From: Phyllobates terribilis
Lineage: Eukaryota
Assembly (NCBI RefSeq): GCF_046119375.1
Contig: NW_027362772.1
Coordinates: 131,254,001 to 131,318,000, forward strand
DNA length: 64,000 nt
Direction of reading: 5' to 3'
Under the pieces are notes generated by a model. It saw only the letters and a program-made list of their open reading frames with translations, did no database searches and was not told the origin of the DNA. Position 1 is the stretch's first letter; the number at the start of each line of letters is the position of its first letter. The translations under genes were made by a program, and so were the position numbers. This document shows, piece by piece, positions 50,134 to 62,329 of the stretch.

Positions 50134-50816
50134 TGTTACGCTGGTGGGAGAATGGAATGCTGGTGGATGTGGACCCAATGTGCTACGGCTTGGTCTTACC
50201 CTGGAGTGGCATAACTAGGTGTCTACCTGGTCTTCACTAGAACCTTTGGTAGTGAGGATAGGCTGTGCTGTTGGTAAATTCCAGGTGTCAATCCAGGGCA
50301 GTCGCCGGGACTGCAGCAGCTGACCGGAGGCTCAGAGGCACGGGAAGGTGGTACAGGAGGGCAAAGACATGGTCAGATGGTTTGAGGTCGGGGCAGGAAG
50401 CACAGGTTTAAGATACGTAAAAAGGTACATAAGTGTACATAAAAGAAATTGTATTTAGCTGTAATTGTAGGAGCGGAGAGGTCAAACAGGATGGATAGGC
50501 AAGCCAGGTCAGTAACGGGAGACACAGAAACATACAAGCACAAACAGATCACTAGCAGGACAAACAGACTAGGAACCAACGTTTGGGCCAAAAGTAGTGG
50601 GTTGAGCTGCCTGATATAGGTCCTGCTTGCATGGGATAGGCTGGGGAATATAGTCTTTGCAAGACTCAATATGGTAAAATTCCTGCAGAGCTGGCAACGC
50701 CCCCTAAATCCAAATGGAAAAACAACCTCAGATGCAGCAGTGTTGCAAGAGACAAAACTAAGCGAACCATGTGATGACCATGATGAGTAGGAGGCGTACA
50801 CTTTACCGCTGTGACA
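50134..50816. mobile_element. Solo LTR (Gypsy-type)
   Basis: TGTTACG...TGTGACA with 5-bp TSD CACAT (50129-50133 and 50817-50821). Confidence 0.88.
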
Positions 50817-53092
50817 CACATGCCAGCAGAGCTGAACTTTCTCTCATTACAAACACATCTGCAGTTGACCTCTCCTAGTGCTTCAGCTTTCATCTCGCAG
50901 GCAGCCAGTATGAGGGAAAGGACAGTACAGAGGAGCTGACAGCCCTGTGAGAGGAGAGCTACAGCTGCAGAGGTGTTTAAAATGAGACAAAGTTCAGCTC
51001 TGCTGTGCTAAGTTAGCTATAATAACCATCATTTTAATTTTTATTTCATAAATCAATAGAATATATGAAAATGAGCAAATTTTTAATACATGTTATAAGA
51101 GATAAAAGCTTCTTTCTCCACCAGGACTGATCATTCATTTTCAAAATTCTCAGCAATCTTGTAAAGAATATAGGAGCGCTCAACAGGTAGTTCACTAGTA
51201 ATAATTCTAATGTTATTTCTATAGCGCAAACATATTCCCAGTACTTCACAATTGAGAGGGGACATGAACAGACAATAAAAACATTTAAAAGTATAGTTCA
51301 ACTGTTACAGCAGGAGTGAGAGCCATGCTCAGAAGCTTACAATCTATAAGGCATTAGGCAGGACACAATAGGTAAATAGTGCTTGCCTATACGGTCCAGC
51401 CATCATTATAATAAATAGGGGTTATGATATAAAGCTACATGATCAGTCATCAGCCAGGATCTGTCTGAGTACAATTACCAAGTGCTCTATTGCGTTCATG
51501 GAGGATGTGGAGACAGATTAATAGGAGGGACCAGATTCTAATGAAAATTTAGAAAGAACAAAGGGAGAGTTACTTACTTAAGTGAGGCGATAGTCCTGTC
51601 TAAAGAGATGTGCTTTTAAACCACGCTTAAAAATGTAGGGGCTAGGTATTAATCGGATGGTTTGGGGAAGTGCATTCCAGAAAACTGGCGCAGCACGAGA
51701 GAAGTCTTGGAGACGGAAGTGGGAGAGTATAGTGAATGTTATCCTTAGGGCTCTTTCACACGTCTGTGTTTCCAGTAGGTGTGGTGACAGTTTCCACACG
51801 TACTGGAGACACTGACACAGGAAGACCTATTCAAATCTATGGGTATGTGCACATGTCAGTGTGTTTTCATGGACCTTGTGTCCATGTGCTCCACATGCTG
51901 ACATGTCTGTTTATTTGCAGATGCACGGTCCGCAAAAGTGTCTCACGCTGAACACACACGGATGACAACCATGTGTCATCATTGTGACACGTACCGGCGC
52001 CTAGGAATCAGTGTACAGTTAGTGCTGCTCCCAAGCGCCAGTTGCTGAACACTGCCCCTGCACTAGGGGACAGGGACAATGATGAGTGTAGTAATAGTCT
52101 GCTCCCGCAGTGTCCTTGTGTAAAAATAAGTATGAAATAATAAAATCCTTAAACTCACCTGTCCTAGATGTCCCCCACTGTAAACCTCTGACCGCTGGCA
52201 AGGAGCCGGAGAGAATGAGAGGCTCCAATGAGCAGGGCCCGGAGCTGGGCTCACTGAGCGCAGCTTTGGAGCAGCTCGGTGGAGCTGCTCATTTTTCCCG
52301 GCTCCTCGATATCAGCGGTCAGAGGATTACAGCTGGGGACATCTCCAGACAGGTGAGTGTAAGGATTTCATTATTTTATTCTTATTATTATACAGGGACA
52401 CTGCGGGAGATGACTACTACTACCTTCATCATTGCTGATCACAGCACCGGCATTGAACCATGATGAGGACAGTGTTCAGCACCCAGCACTTGGGAACAGC
52501 GCTAACTGTACACTGATTCCCAGGTGCTGGTACGTGTGCTCCTGATGCGACACACAGGCGGCACATTGTTACCACACGTGTGATACACATGGACACACGG
52601 GACACGGATATCTCGGATACTGTTTTATCCGGTACCGGAAATTTACATGACCTGTTACGGCCAATACGGTTTCTTAACTGATACCTTTTCTCTCAATCCA
52701 ACGTAACCAGAGATCCCCCTGATCCCTTCCCTGAAATAAAAACTCCACAACAAGTTATCTGTTGGAAATATTTTGGCCACAGCGGCCGTTTATTAACAAA
52801 CAACAAATAGCAATAACATAAATATATATATATGAATAAATGGAGGGAGGGTTCTTGGAGCTAATAGATCTGGCTTTAAATAACTCAAAATTAAACCGCC
52901 ATTTTACCCTCAGCTGTTCAGCACCAGCTCAAGGGCACCAAAACTTCCACATTCGATGGAAGACCAACCAACAAATTGCTCCCGAGGTAAAACCCCGTCC
53001 AGAGCCCATAACCGACTGCCAGATCACCCCCACTCAATTTAAACCAACTCCAAGACCCCCACCTCCTCGCCACCACGAACAGCCCGGAAACC

Positions 53093-53696
53093 TTAGGCTC
53101 GTGAGTGCCCCAAAGCCACCAACGCCCTTTCAATTCCTTCCTGTATTGAAAGGGCCCAAATATCCATACCTATATCATTGAGATGCACCCCGTCCTTCCG
53201 CCACAAATTTCCAACCCCTGCTTCCAACTCCAAATGCCTAATACTTATTCCCCCATTCCTTGCCACAAAGCCAGACACTGCCCTATTCAATTTTATTCGT
53301 GCCCTGTTTATGCCTTTTCCCGATCGAAAAGCCCGCCATTTTTTCCTGGGCACTATATCCGACCAGACCGTCAAAATCCCCGGAATCAAAACGAATATCC
53401 CTAATCAACTCCCTCACTGGCCGTGCCCCCAAATCATTTCCTCCCAAATGCACCACTAAAATATCCGGTGTTCGATCTAACCTTGCAGCTTTATGAAACT
53501 CCGACAAAAAGCGCCCCCATACCATGCCCCTAAAACCAAGCCACCTTACGACCGCTTGTGCCCTTGAAAAACCCAATTGCCTACCATCCCCCCTTACGTC
53601 GTGCGCAGCGCCCCCCCAATGCACATATGAGTGTCCAATGATCCAGACTAAAGAGGGAACATCACCTAAAAGATTAATAAACAAGCAGGTTAGCAA
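53093..53696 (-). pseudogene. SGNH/GDSL-type hydrolase ORF of the Ngaro element (frameshifted)
   Basis: Block I IIGHSY, block III HLGGNDLG and block V KDGVHL are split over ORFs 53283-53696 and 53093-53389. Confidence 0.85.
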
Positions 53697-53728
53697 CTAT
53701 TCCACATCTAACAAAGTTTTTGCAGCAA

Positions 53729-54751
53729 TTAACTGCGAACATATGACAAATAATGGTCCGAACTCCATCTTCCGATCCGTTTTATAGTCTCAGCCCCTAA
53801 ACCGCGACTATTAGCCTCCGACGCTGCACCGATCCTAAAGGAATGCGATCCGTAAATCTCAGGACGGAGACCCAACTCCTGCACCCCCCTTTTTAAGACC
53901 GCTATAAACTGAAAACGGGAAAGAAATGACCCGTCGCGATGCGGTAATAGTGGGCCCGATCTATTTGATTGCCAGTAGGCCTCTAAGCCCCTTCTGGGGC
54001 ACATCAGAGCCCCCTCCACTCTACCTAACACGACATGCTTCCCTTTTCCAAACTGATCCGTTTTAGACCGTCTAATCCAAAAATCGATCCCCCAGGCCCA
54101 GCAGCTCATGTCTTCGGCTAATAGACCTCCCTCTCTATTCCTACTAGGGGCTACCAACGCACCCACTCTCATAGCCCCGAAAAAAACTAAAGCAAATGCC
54201 AACTTAAACAATGCCGCCTCAAAATTAGAACAACAAATGGTTTCCAAAACCAGACCTAACCTTTCCAACATGCTAAACGTGACTGGCCTACACTTATCCA
54301 AACTCTTGTTTCCTTTTTGAAAACCTCTGAGAGCCTGCTTGACCAAAAAGGATTTAGTAACGTCCGTCAAACCCTGTAACTTAAAAACAAAAGCAAGCCC
54401 GGCTATAAATTTACTCACTCTGGATGTCGACCACCCTGAGTCCGCTGCTTTATCAACAAAAAACAATATCGCCAACGTCCTGTCCCTGACACTCTCTAGT
54501 GCCACCCACTGTGACACCCAACTTTGCCATATGTTCCACGATGCCTCATAAGCAGCCCAGGTTGAACTCGCCACAGACTCTTGGATCAATCTTCCAGCTC
54601 GTCTGAAACCAGCTGCCACAACCGCGAAGGGCATTCCATTCCTGCGACTTCTGCCTCTGGTGCCAATGAACGGAAACGCTCCCACTGGAAATGAGACAAA
54701 GCATCCGCTATAGAGTTTTTGACACCTGGCACATGTACAGCCGAAATCCAT
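53729..54751 (-). CDS. Tyrosine recombinase (phage-integrase fold)
   Basis: FGAMRVGAL (R), RRSKTDQ (K), HSFRIG (H-x-x-R) and GRWSSDHYLSY (W, Y) lie in one open frame. The true start is uncertain. Confidence 0.9.
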   Translation of the reverse strand: MDFGCTCARCQKLYSGCFVSFPVGAFPFIGTRGRSRRNGMPFAVVAAGFRRAGRLIQESVASSTWAAYEASWNIWQSWVSQWVALESVRDRTLAILFFVDKAADSGWSTSRVSKFIAGLAFVFKLQGLTDVTKSFLVKQALRGFQKGNKSLDKCRPVTFSMLERLGLVLETICCSNFEAALFKLAFALVFFGAMRVGALVAPSRNREGGLLAEDMSCWAWGIDFWIRRSKTDQFGKGKHVVLGRVEGALMCPRRGLEAYWQSNRSGPLLPHRDGSFLSRFQFIAVLKRGVQELGLRPEIYGSHSFRIGAASEANSRGLGAETIKRIGRWSSDHYLSYVRS

Positions 54752-57176
54752 GCATTAAGCTCCAACCAGCGGAGCACCAGTTCCCTGACCAACTTAATGA
54801 CTGAAGGGGATGAGGCCGATAGGCTATTAATCACTTCCACCACGCCCATATTTTCGCAATGGAACCTGACTCTTCGATTCGAAAAAGACTCGCCCCAAAC
54901 CCAGACAATTGGGAACAGTTCCAAAAGAACCAGATTTTTTGTGAAACCCCTCTCTTTCCAGGAATTGGGCCATTTGCCTACGCTCCACTTTCCCTTACAA
55001 AAAACTCCATATCCTGCTCCGCCTGCCGCGTCGGTATAGATCTCGCAATCAAAGTTGCTCAGGAAATCCTGCTGAATCAACGACCTGCCATTGTACGTGT
55101 CCAAAAAACGCTTCCACACCAACAAGTCCTCTCTATGCTCTCTATTCAAACGAATAAAGTGATGCGATGCCCGCACTCCCGCCGTTGCCCTTGACAACCT
55201 ACGACAAAATATTCTACCCATAGGCATGATCCTACAGGCAAAGTTCAGTCTCCCCAGCAGTGATTGAAGCTCTTTCAAAGTCGTCTTACGCAATTTTACC
55301 ATTCTCACAACCAGCTGTCAAAGTAACAGCAACTTTTCCTCGGGCAGTCGACACTCCATATGTTCCGAATCAATCAAAATGCCTAAAAAAGTCAATACCG
55401 TACAAGGACCTTCGGTCTTTTCTTTTGCCAAAGGAACCCCGAAACGTTCCGCAACCCACACCATGGCTGCTAACAAATTATTACAAACCAACGAATCGGG
55501 TGGGCCTATGAACAAAAAATCATCTAGGTAGTGGATAACAGACTGGACACCTGCAACATCCCTGAAGCCCATTCGAGAAAAGTACTGAACGTTTCAAATA
55601 ATGAACATGAAATAGAACAGCCCATGGGCAAGTGTGTCACCCCAGGCCTGGATGCCACAAACTTGTAAGGCTATGTCTGAGAGCAGGAGGGAGGTTCTCT
55701 GGTCATGGGCCATTTGCATGCCACACCTCCTGTCCCAGGCCAGTTGGGGGAGCAGGCTGCCCCTTTAAAAACTGGTACTGAGGGCATGGTTAGAGAGACC
55801 AGGACCCACTTCTGAAGCATCCAGAAGGGTTCCAAGAAGAGAGGGACAGGTCAGCCGCAGCTGAGGAGTCCAGGAGGCAAAGTAGGAGCAGAAAGCCAGG
55901 GACAGAGGCGACGAGAGCCGGTCCTGGCAGAGAGAAACTACATACCGGACACTGGGGTCCGAGGCTGTCAGGGTTGCAAGCCCTGCAGCAGAAAACCAAC
56001 CCGCAAGGGATTTCAGGTTCCTTGGCCAAGAAGCCTGGAGGTTCCGCCACACAGAGGGACCGGTACAGCACGGAGAAGCTACAGGTACCTAAGGCCCGAG
56101 TCGCAAGCCATACAGGCGTTGGACACGGCAAGCTCAGGGACGTGGGCTATCATACCACTAAAGGGGGAGATAGTCAGCAAGGGCAGAGAGAGAACGGTAG
56201 GCCTACGCACTCACCCTGACCAGCGGAGCTCGCCCGAATGCCCTCAGACACCCAGGTCCATTCCTACCCTGTACTCCTGTTGGGTCTAAGATAAGATCAG
56301 TAAAAGACCCTGGACTGCATTATTGGACTCTGTGTGGTTACTGCTGCGCCTGCACCATCACCCCCAGCATCCTATCACACTGCCCTGAGGCTACACTCCT
56401 CCCGTGGGGAGTTGTACGATTCCCTGCTGCATCCCCAACACCAGCCTCAGTGGTCTGCCTTGCAGCGGCGGTCCTCCCTGACCGCAATCCATGGGTGGCG
56501 TAGTCGGACATTACCTAAAACACATCATAGACTACCACTGGTCTGACCACCCTGAGCCACGGGACCGGGTCGCCACTACTACTCCCAGCACTGCCCTGAA
56601 GTCCGGTCTCGAGTGCCTCACGGCCCAGGGGGCGAGTCACAAGCACCTATCCAAATAGTAACCATTGTTCCAAAAACAACCCAACATTGGAATGCTGTCC
56701 GGGTGAACCGGAAGGAGCCGAAAAGCTGACTCAATGTCCGTTTTTGCCAACAGTGACCCATGCCCGTACCTGTGAACCCAAGCCACAGCCGAATCAAATG
56801 AAGTATATTCCACAGAACATAATTCTGGGGCTATACCATCGTTGACCGAACAACCTTTTGGGTACGACAGATGCTGGATCAGACGAAATTTATTCAGCTC
56901 CTTCTTAGGCACAACCCCCAACGGAGAAATTATCACGCCTTCCACTGGTAAACTATCAAAAGGCCCTGCCATACGACCCAACTCGACTTCTTTAGCCAAC
57001 TTAACACTAACAACCTCTGGGTGCAACAAAGCAGACCTAAGATTCTTAACCGAAAAGGGGACCGTATGCTCAGGAGGCGGGATCCTGAAACCTTCTAAAA
57101 ACCCATCACTAATAATTCTGGCCTTCACTTGATCAGGGTATCTGTTTAGAAAGGGGGCCATCCTTGGAAGATTCAC
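54586..57176 (-). pseudogene. DIRS-type RT-RNase H, interrupted by a solo LTR, a frameshift and a stop
   Basis: SPLGVVPKK..KFRLIQHLS, KTDIESAFR, DRCL|PMGCS, HYLDDFL, YTDAAG and ADALS. Confidence 0.9.
55633..56639. mobile_element. Solo LTR inserted in the Ngaro RT
   Basis: TG...CA ends with 4-bp TSD CAAG (55629-55632 and 56640-56643). Removing it restores DRCLPMG. Confidence 0.88.
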
Positions 57177-59310
57177 CGGAGTCGCCCCCTTGACCAGAAC
57201 CCGTCGACGTTCGTCCCTTTCCTTTCTTGAAACATTTTACCGCCCCGTGGGAGCTCCCATTACAATGGGAGCAAACGTGCTTGAACTTACAGCCATTCCC
57301 AAATTTACACTGGCCGTCATTAAACTGCCAGCACGTTCCTGACTTATCTTTTCCTCCCTGTGCTCCCTGGCTGCCTCCACCCTTTCCTGAGGAGTAACTC
57401 CCGCTCCCCCCACTCCCGTGAAAGGATTGCCCGTATCTAGCGGGAGCCATTACTTTTAACCAAAGCCCAATATCTTTTTGGTCCCACCTGATTTCCGGCC
57501 GTACCGCCTTCCTCTGTCTGAATTGCTCATCATACCTCAGCCATGTTTGTCCACCGTAAGTACGATGCGATTCCCCAATCGCATCTAAATAGCAGAATAA
57601 ACCTGAGCAATTCTCAGGAAACTTTTCCCCAATGACCCCGGCCAATATAGCAAAAGCTTGAAGCCAATTCGCAAAAGTCTGAGGAATCAAGCGCCACCTC
57701 CGCTTCTCCTCCTCTTCCTTCTTGCTATCATCCTTCTTCCCCTTGTCTAAATTAAACTTCTCCAGGGGAAGAAGGGAGAAAATTTCCACGTATTCATCAC
57801 GCCAAATTTTCTCCTTCACTTCTTTCTTTAAGTGTGCCCCCAGCGGCCCCTCGAAGCACACATAAACCTCCCCTTTTGCCCTGTCATCAAGCTTCACCGT
57901 ATCACCCTTGTCCTTTTCCGTCTGTACCGAGACTGAAACCCCAGTCGCTGCTCCCTCGACTCCCGCCGCTGATCCTACCTCTACCCCAGTAGGTTGCGGC
58001 GACAACCCTTGCCCTGGTAACCAGGCATCCACGGGGGATCCTCTTGACCCACCCGCTGCCGCACTCTCCATTCTCATCAAAACCTGTGACATGCTATATA
58101 ATATATCTCTAATTCCAGATACCTCTGCCCCATCCGGACTGGCTAAACCCCTCCCCCTCAATGCTACCTCCCGATCACTACCTTCATCAAGCAAAACTGC
58201 CCCCGCGGGCCCCAAACACGCTGTACGATTATACTCACACCGCTGCGCAGGTGCTGTGTCCCCGCCAGCCGGAAATCCTGAATCCAGATGCTCGCTCCTT
58301 TCATCGCGGTCGCTACTGTAGTCGGATCCATCGGTGTCCCTTCGCTCCTCCAGGCCCGCGCCCCTGGCCTCCTCGTCACCAGGGGGGACCTGAACGGACA
58401 CAGCTGGCTGTTGTCGTCTCGGCGACCGTCTTCCACCATCCCGCCTTGGAATTCTGGATGTCGCTCCAATCTTCCTCCGACTCCCGGACCCAGACCCACG
58501 GGCCTGGTCCGTGCTTCCCGAACCGGCGCTGCCAGGCAGCTCGATGCTGCCCGCCGCTCCTTCCCTTCCGCGTCGTCCACTTGAGCCACGCGGCAATGGA
58601 TCCCATGACTGCTGCCTGCCCGTGGATGCTTGCCTCCCCGTCTTCCTCGTGTTTGTTCCAGCAGGCACCCCGACAGGAGCATCGCCAGTGGTGCCTGCCG
58701 TCCTCCGCACTATTCCCTCGCTCGTTCCGGTTCTTCTCCACTCCTTCTGGGCCCTGCCGCTGCCGGCAGGCGCGCTGCGCTTCCCAGGTGCACCGCGCGT
58801 CGCAGGCTTGCAGCACGTCGCCAGTGCGCCACGCGCCGCAGATGTGCTATGCGCCGCAGATGCGCTACACGCTGCAGATGCGCCGCGCACGCGCCTCCCA
58901 GCTATGGCCCGAACTCCCGTGTCCCGCGATGCTTGTCTCGTCGGCTGTATATCCGGTGTGGCCCTCGCTTCCTGTGTAGGCCGCACTCCGCGCTGATCGG
59001 CGGCAACAGGCCGGCTAGGTGGATTTCTGCCGGGGCGAGAGCGTCGGGCAGGAACCACGCTATCTTGCTCTCCCCCCGCAGGGTCCCCGGAGGGGCTCCG
59101 GAGCCTGCACCTGTTCCGCGTGGGTACCTTGGGTGACAGTCTCTCCGGGGGCCGTGGCCTCCTCCTCCTGCTCCTTCTTACTGCTCCAGACTGCGCTTCT
59201 GCATCCGCAGCTGTTCCCAGCAAGGCAGATAGCTGGGCCTCCAGCCATCCCTCTCTCCGTGATCGTGCTGCAACTTGAAGCTGGCCCACCAGGGATTGAA
59301 TGGACGCCAT
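57133..59310 (-). CDS. Ngaro ORF1 (gag-like), 725 aa, with C-terminal CCCH and CCHC zinc fingers
   Basis: Uninterrupted ATG-initiated ORF with WLRYDEQFR motif. CWQFNDGQCKFGNGCKFKH (C-x7-C-x5-C-x3-H) is directly followed by CSHCNGSSHGAVKC (C-x2-C-x4-H-x4-C). Confidence 0.88.
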   Translation of the reverse strand: MASIQSLVGQLQVAARSRREGWLEAQLSALLGTAADAEAQSGAVRRSRRRRPRPPERLSPKVPTRNRCRLRSPSGDPAGGEQDSVVPARRSRPGRNPPSRPVAADQRGVRPTQEARATPDIQPTRQASRDTGVRAIAGRRVRGASAACSASAAHSTSAARGALATCCKPATRGAPGKRSAPAGSGRAQKEWRRTGTSEGIVRRTAGTTGDAPVGVPAGTNTRKTGRQASTGRQQSWDPLPRGSSGRRGREGAAGSIELPGSAGSGSTDQARGSGSGSRRKIGATSRIPRRDGGRRSPRRQQPAVSVQVPPGDEEARGAGLEERRDTDGSDYSSDRDERSEHLDSGFPAGGDTAPAQRCEYNRTACLGPAGAVLLDEGSDREVALRGRGLASPDGAEVSGIRDILYSMSQVLMRMESAAAGGSRGSPVDAWLPGQGLSPQPTGVEVGSAAGVEGAATGVSVSVQTEKDKGDTVKLDDRAKGEVYVCFEGPLGAHLKKEVKEKIWRDEYVEIFSLLPLEKFNLDKGKKDDSKKEEEEKRRWRLIPQTFANWLQAFAILAGVIGEKFPENCSGLFCYLDAIGESHRTYGGQTWLRYDEQFRQRKAVRPEIRWDQKDIGLWLKVMAPARYGQSFHGSGGSGSYSSGKGGGSQGAQGGKDKSGTCWQFNDGQCKFGNGCKFKHVCSHCNGSSHGAVKCFKKGKGRTSTGSGQGGDSGESSKDGPLSKQIP

Positions 59311-59841
59311 TACAGATAACTCGCTCAGTTGTTTCTAAGGGAATGGCGGTTTTCCCGCACTTTTCCTTATATATACCCTATTTTCCACTACCCACCCCCC
59401 AGCTTCCCGTTACCCAATCCCCAACCTGCTCTATTCAAATTACCAGACCTGGGAGGGGAATGAAACCTCCAGGCCAACCCCGGTCATGGGTGGCTTCCCC
59501 CTAGCTCTGCTGTTTCCAGCCCCCTCCTGAAGTATGAAACCAGCCTTAGATCAGTTGCAAAAAAGAGAGCTCAAGTAGAGTGATAGACAAAAATGAGAGA
59601 GGAGATGTAGCGTGGTGCAGAACTATTGAGAGCTTTGAGGGTGAAACAGATAAGTTTATATAAGTTTATATTGTACTCTGTAGCAGATGTGTAATCAGTA
59701 ACAAGGTGGAGGCATCGGTAAAGCGGTTGGACAGAAATACGACCCTGGCTGCCGCATTGAGGACGAATTGGAGAGGAGAGAGTCTGATAAGAGGGAGATC
59801 AATCAGTAGAGAGTTGCAGTGGTCCAGAAGAGAATGAATAA

Positions 59842-60690
59842 GGCTATGTGCCCACGATGCTGAATTAATGCGGATTTTTCCTGAGCATTTCTGCCTCTCC
59901 CTTGCAGAAAAAAACGCATGCAGATTTTACATGCGTTTATTCTGCCAGGGAGAAGCGTTTTTTCAGCGTTTTTTCATGCATTTTCGCATGTGTTTTTTTC
60001 AAGCGCTTTTCCAAGCGATTTTGAGCATCACTTGGAAAAGTGCTTGACAAGTTGGTCACACAATATAAATCCATGCAACCGGCATGGATTTATATTGTGT
60101 GACCAACTTATGCTGCTTTAAATGCAGCATCAATAGTAAAAAAAAGAATTAAAACGTAAAAAATAAAAAAAAACACATTATACTTACCTCTAGGGTGGCC
60201 CCCGGTCTCCTCTCCGGTGGCATCCTCTGTACTCGGCGTCCCGGGGTGTTCTGAAAGGACCTGCGTTGACGTCATTTAGTCAGCTGACAGGTCACGCAAT
60301 TGCTGATGTCAACAGTCGCGTGACCATCACGTGACTAAATGACATCACCGTAGGTCATTTCAGAACACTGCAGGATGGCAAGGACAGAGGATGCCACCAG
60401 AGAGGAGACCGGGGGCCGCTGGAGAGGTAAGTATAATGTTTTTTTTTTTTTTAAAGTTTTAATTTTTTTTCTAATGGTACCTGGGTCTGGAGGACAGTCT
60501 CCTCTTCTCCAAACCCGGGTACCATCCGCGCACTGAACCGCATAACATTCGCATATATACATGTATACATGCAGATGTTATGCAGTTCAATGCAAGTCAA
60601 TGGTGGCGATTTTGCCGCGATTACGCAAAATAAATGTTTTTTCTGCAATGATAATCCGCAGCGGAAATTTCCACAGCATGTGCAAAATAT
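59842..60690. mobile_element. PIF/Harbinger-type MITE related to 33669-34522 (inverted), right end unclear
   Basis: TAA-GGCTATGTGCCCAC start. 60000-60100 is the reverse complement of ~34275-34365. Confidence 0.75.
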
Positions 60691-62031
60691 CCCAAAGAAT
60701 GCACATAAGCATTTCTTTATAACAATAACTTGTTGTTAATAAGTTCTAGCGTCTATTAACTGCTTCAGGTTTCCAAAGATGCCAAATGGTTAAAAGCATT
60801 GACATATCCATTCTTCTGGAATTTTCTGCTCAGAAGTTGCTCTGTATCTTACAATCCAAGTCAAAGCTCAAAAGACACCTAGAAGACGCCTGGGTGTCTT
60901 TTTGAGCATTTTTCTTGAAAAACCGCTGGAGGTTTCTTCAATGTTGAATGGAATTTAAAAAGACGACTGGAAAATTACAGTGTAAAAGATGCCACAAAAA
61001 TGCTGGAAAAACCCTCATAATATTCACCATTGGTGAAAAACATTAAAAAAGTGCTCAAGACATGAAAAAAAAGATGCTTAAAAAGACACTTAAAAAAAAA
61101 TCCCAGTGTTTTCAGAAGTGTTTTTCTCTTGGGCCGATTTCGCCCTCTTGAAAAAGACATTGTCTAGGCATACCCTTACATCCTTTTCCTTATGAGTGGC
61201 ATTACAGGGGCATTCTGAGGAATGTCATTGATGGTTCATCTGATTTTATGTCAGATTGGTGACAATCCAACCTTTAACAGATTGTAAAAGTGGCCATATA
61301 GTTTAGATAACTGTCAGATTTACCAAACACCCCCATGCACATGAAAGCTCAGCTTGGAGAATAAGAGAAAGCTGTGGCAGACTACTTTAGATGTGGCTTA
61401 TAGACAGGGAGAACTAAAGGCTTTGACACTTCAGTTTTAACTGAGGCTTATTGTCCCCCCAACATCATTGGGAGGTCTTCATACACATTAGATGATTGGT
61501 CAATCCTGCAAAAATCATCAAGTTAGCCAACTGTAATCTAACATAATTTGTTGGACATTAAGGGGCCAATTATTTGAGCAATTTTTGGCCAAAAACAAAT
61601 GTCAATCACTAGTATAACAAAGTTGATCAGAGATCGATTAGCTCCATCTACATGGAGTAATCACCGACACCATGTCTGCTTGAATGATTGTTAGTTTGAT
61701 GGTTTGTTTGCATACAGTTTCATTACCATTGGCAGCACATCTTGTTTTTAATGTCTGCATAAAAATGAGATTAAACAACAAATGTGTTGAAGTCTTCCCT
61801 CCTACTTGGTTTTTAGAATAGAATAAAGAATTTGTGAAATATTAGAAAAGTTTTAGACAGGAGCGTCAGAACATGTTTGATTAGTGAACATGTGCAGAAA
61901 GTCTAATTTTCAGGAACAAGCATTTGACCTTCTGATAAACAGCCCATGTAAAACACTTTTAAAAAAATGCACTGTACTTTTAATGATCAAAAGGGACACA
62001 ACAATTACAGGCTGTTTCTGTTAGATTTTAA

Positions 62032-62188
62032 AGATATTGTCCACTACTTTTACATTGATGGCCTATCCTTAGGATACACCCAGTACCTTCGCTGATCAGC
62101 TGTTATCGGTGTGGCCGGCCGGAAGTGCTCACTTTCGGAGCTGCTTCCTAGGGATAGGTCATCAATGTAAAAGTAGTGGACAACCTCT
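62032..62188. mobile_element. Short T2/Kolobok-type palindromic MITE
   Basis: TTAA on the left. TTGTCCACTACTTTTACATTGATG.CCTATCC / GGATAGG.CATCAATGTAAAAGTAGTGGACAA. Confidence 0.8.
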
Positions 62189-62329
62189 TTATAAGTTAGT
62201 GATCAGACCCACACTGATACATTATATCCATGCATATATTATAAATTATATAAATATTTATACATAATATATATGTATATATATATTATAAACAGATCGA
62301 CCAACATAAATAGTATCATGGGTGTCCGG

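Larger units (their letters stand above)
52645..59527 (-). mobile_element. Ngaro/DIRS-type tyrosine-recombinase retrotransposon with an extra SGNH hydrolase ORF
   Basis: Overlapping ORF1, RT/RNase H and YR, then SGNH. TATA-like TATATAA at ~59370 and AATAAA at ~52790 (minus strand). Boundaries are approximate. Confidence 0.92.
51748..59545. mobile_element. PIF/Harbinger-type MITE (51748-~52644 plus ~59528-59545) split by the Ngaro element
   Basis: TTA flanks at 51745-51747 and 59546-59548. Imperfect TIRs GGGCTCTTTCACACGTC / GAAGTATGAAACCAGCC. Confidence 0.72.
51195..59838 (-). mobile_element. L2 3' fragment (pieces ~51195-51744 and 59549-59838) split by nested insertions
   Basis: Tail-like TAATAAT followed by TTTCTATAGCGC.AACATATTCC, as at 8470. 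FRLQDFSRAAPVFWNALP at 51578-51720. Sequence resumes after TTA at 59548. Confidence 0.75.

Noticed and set aside
57908-59504. Several long overlapping ORFs antisense to or out of frame with Ngaro ORF1 (for example 58161-58979, 272 aa)
   Set aside because: Expected in very GC-rich, stop-poor sequence, and they show no recognisable motifs.
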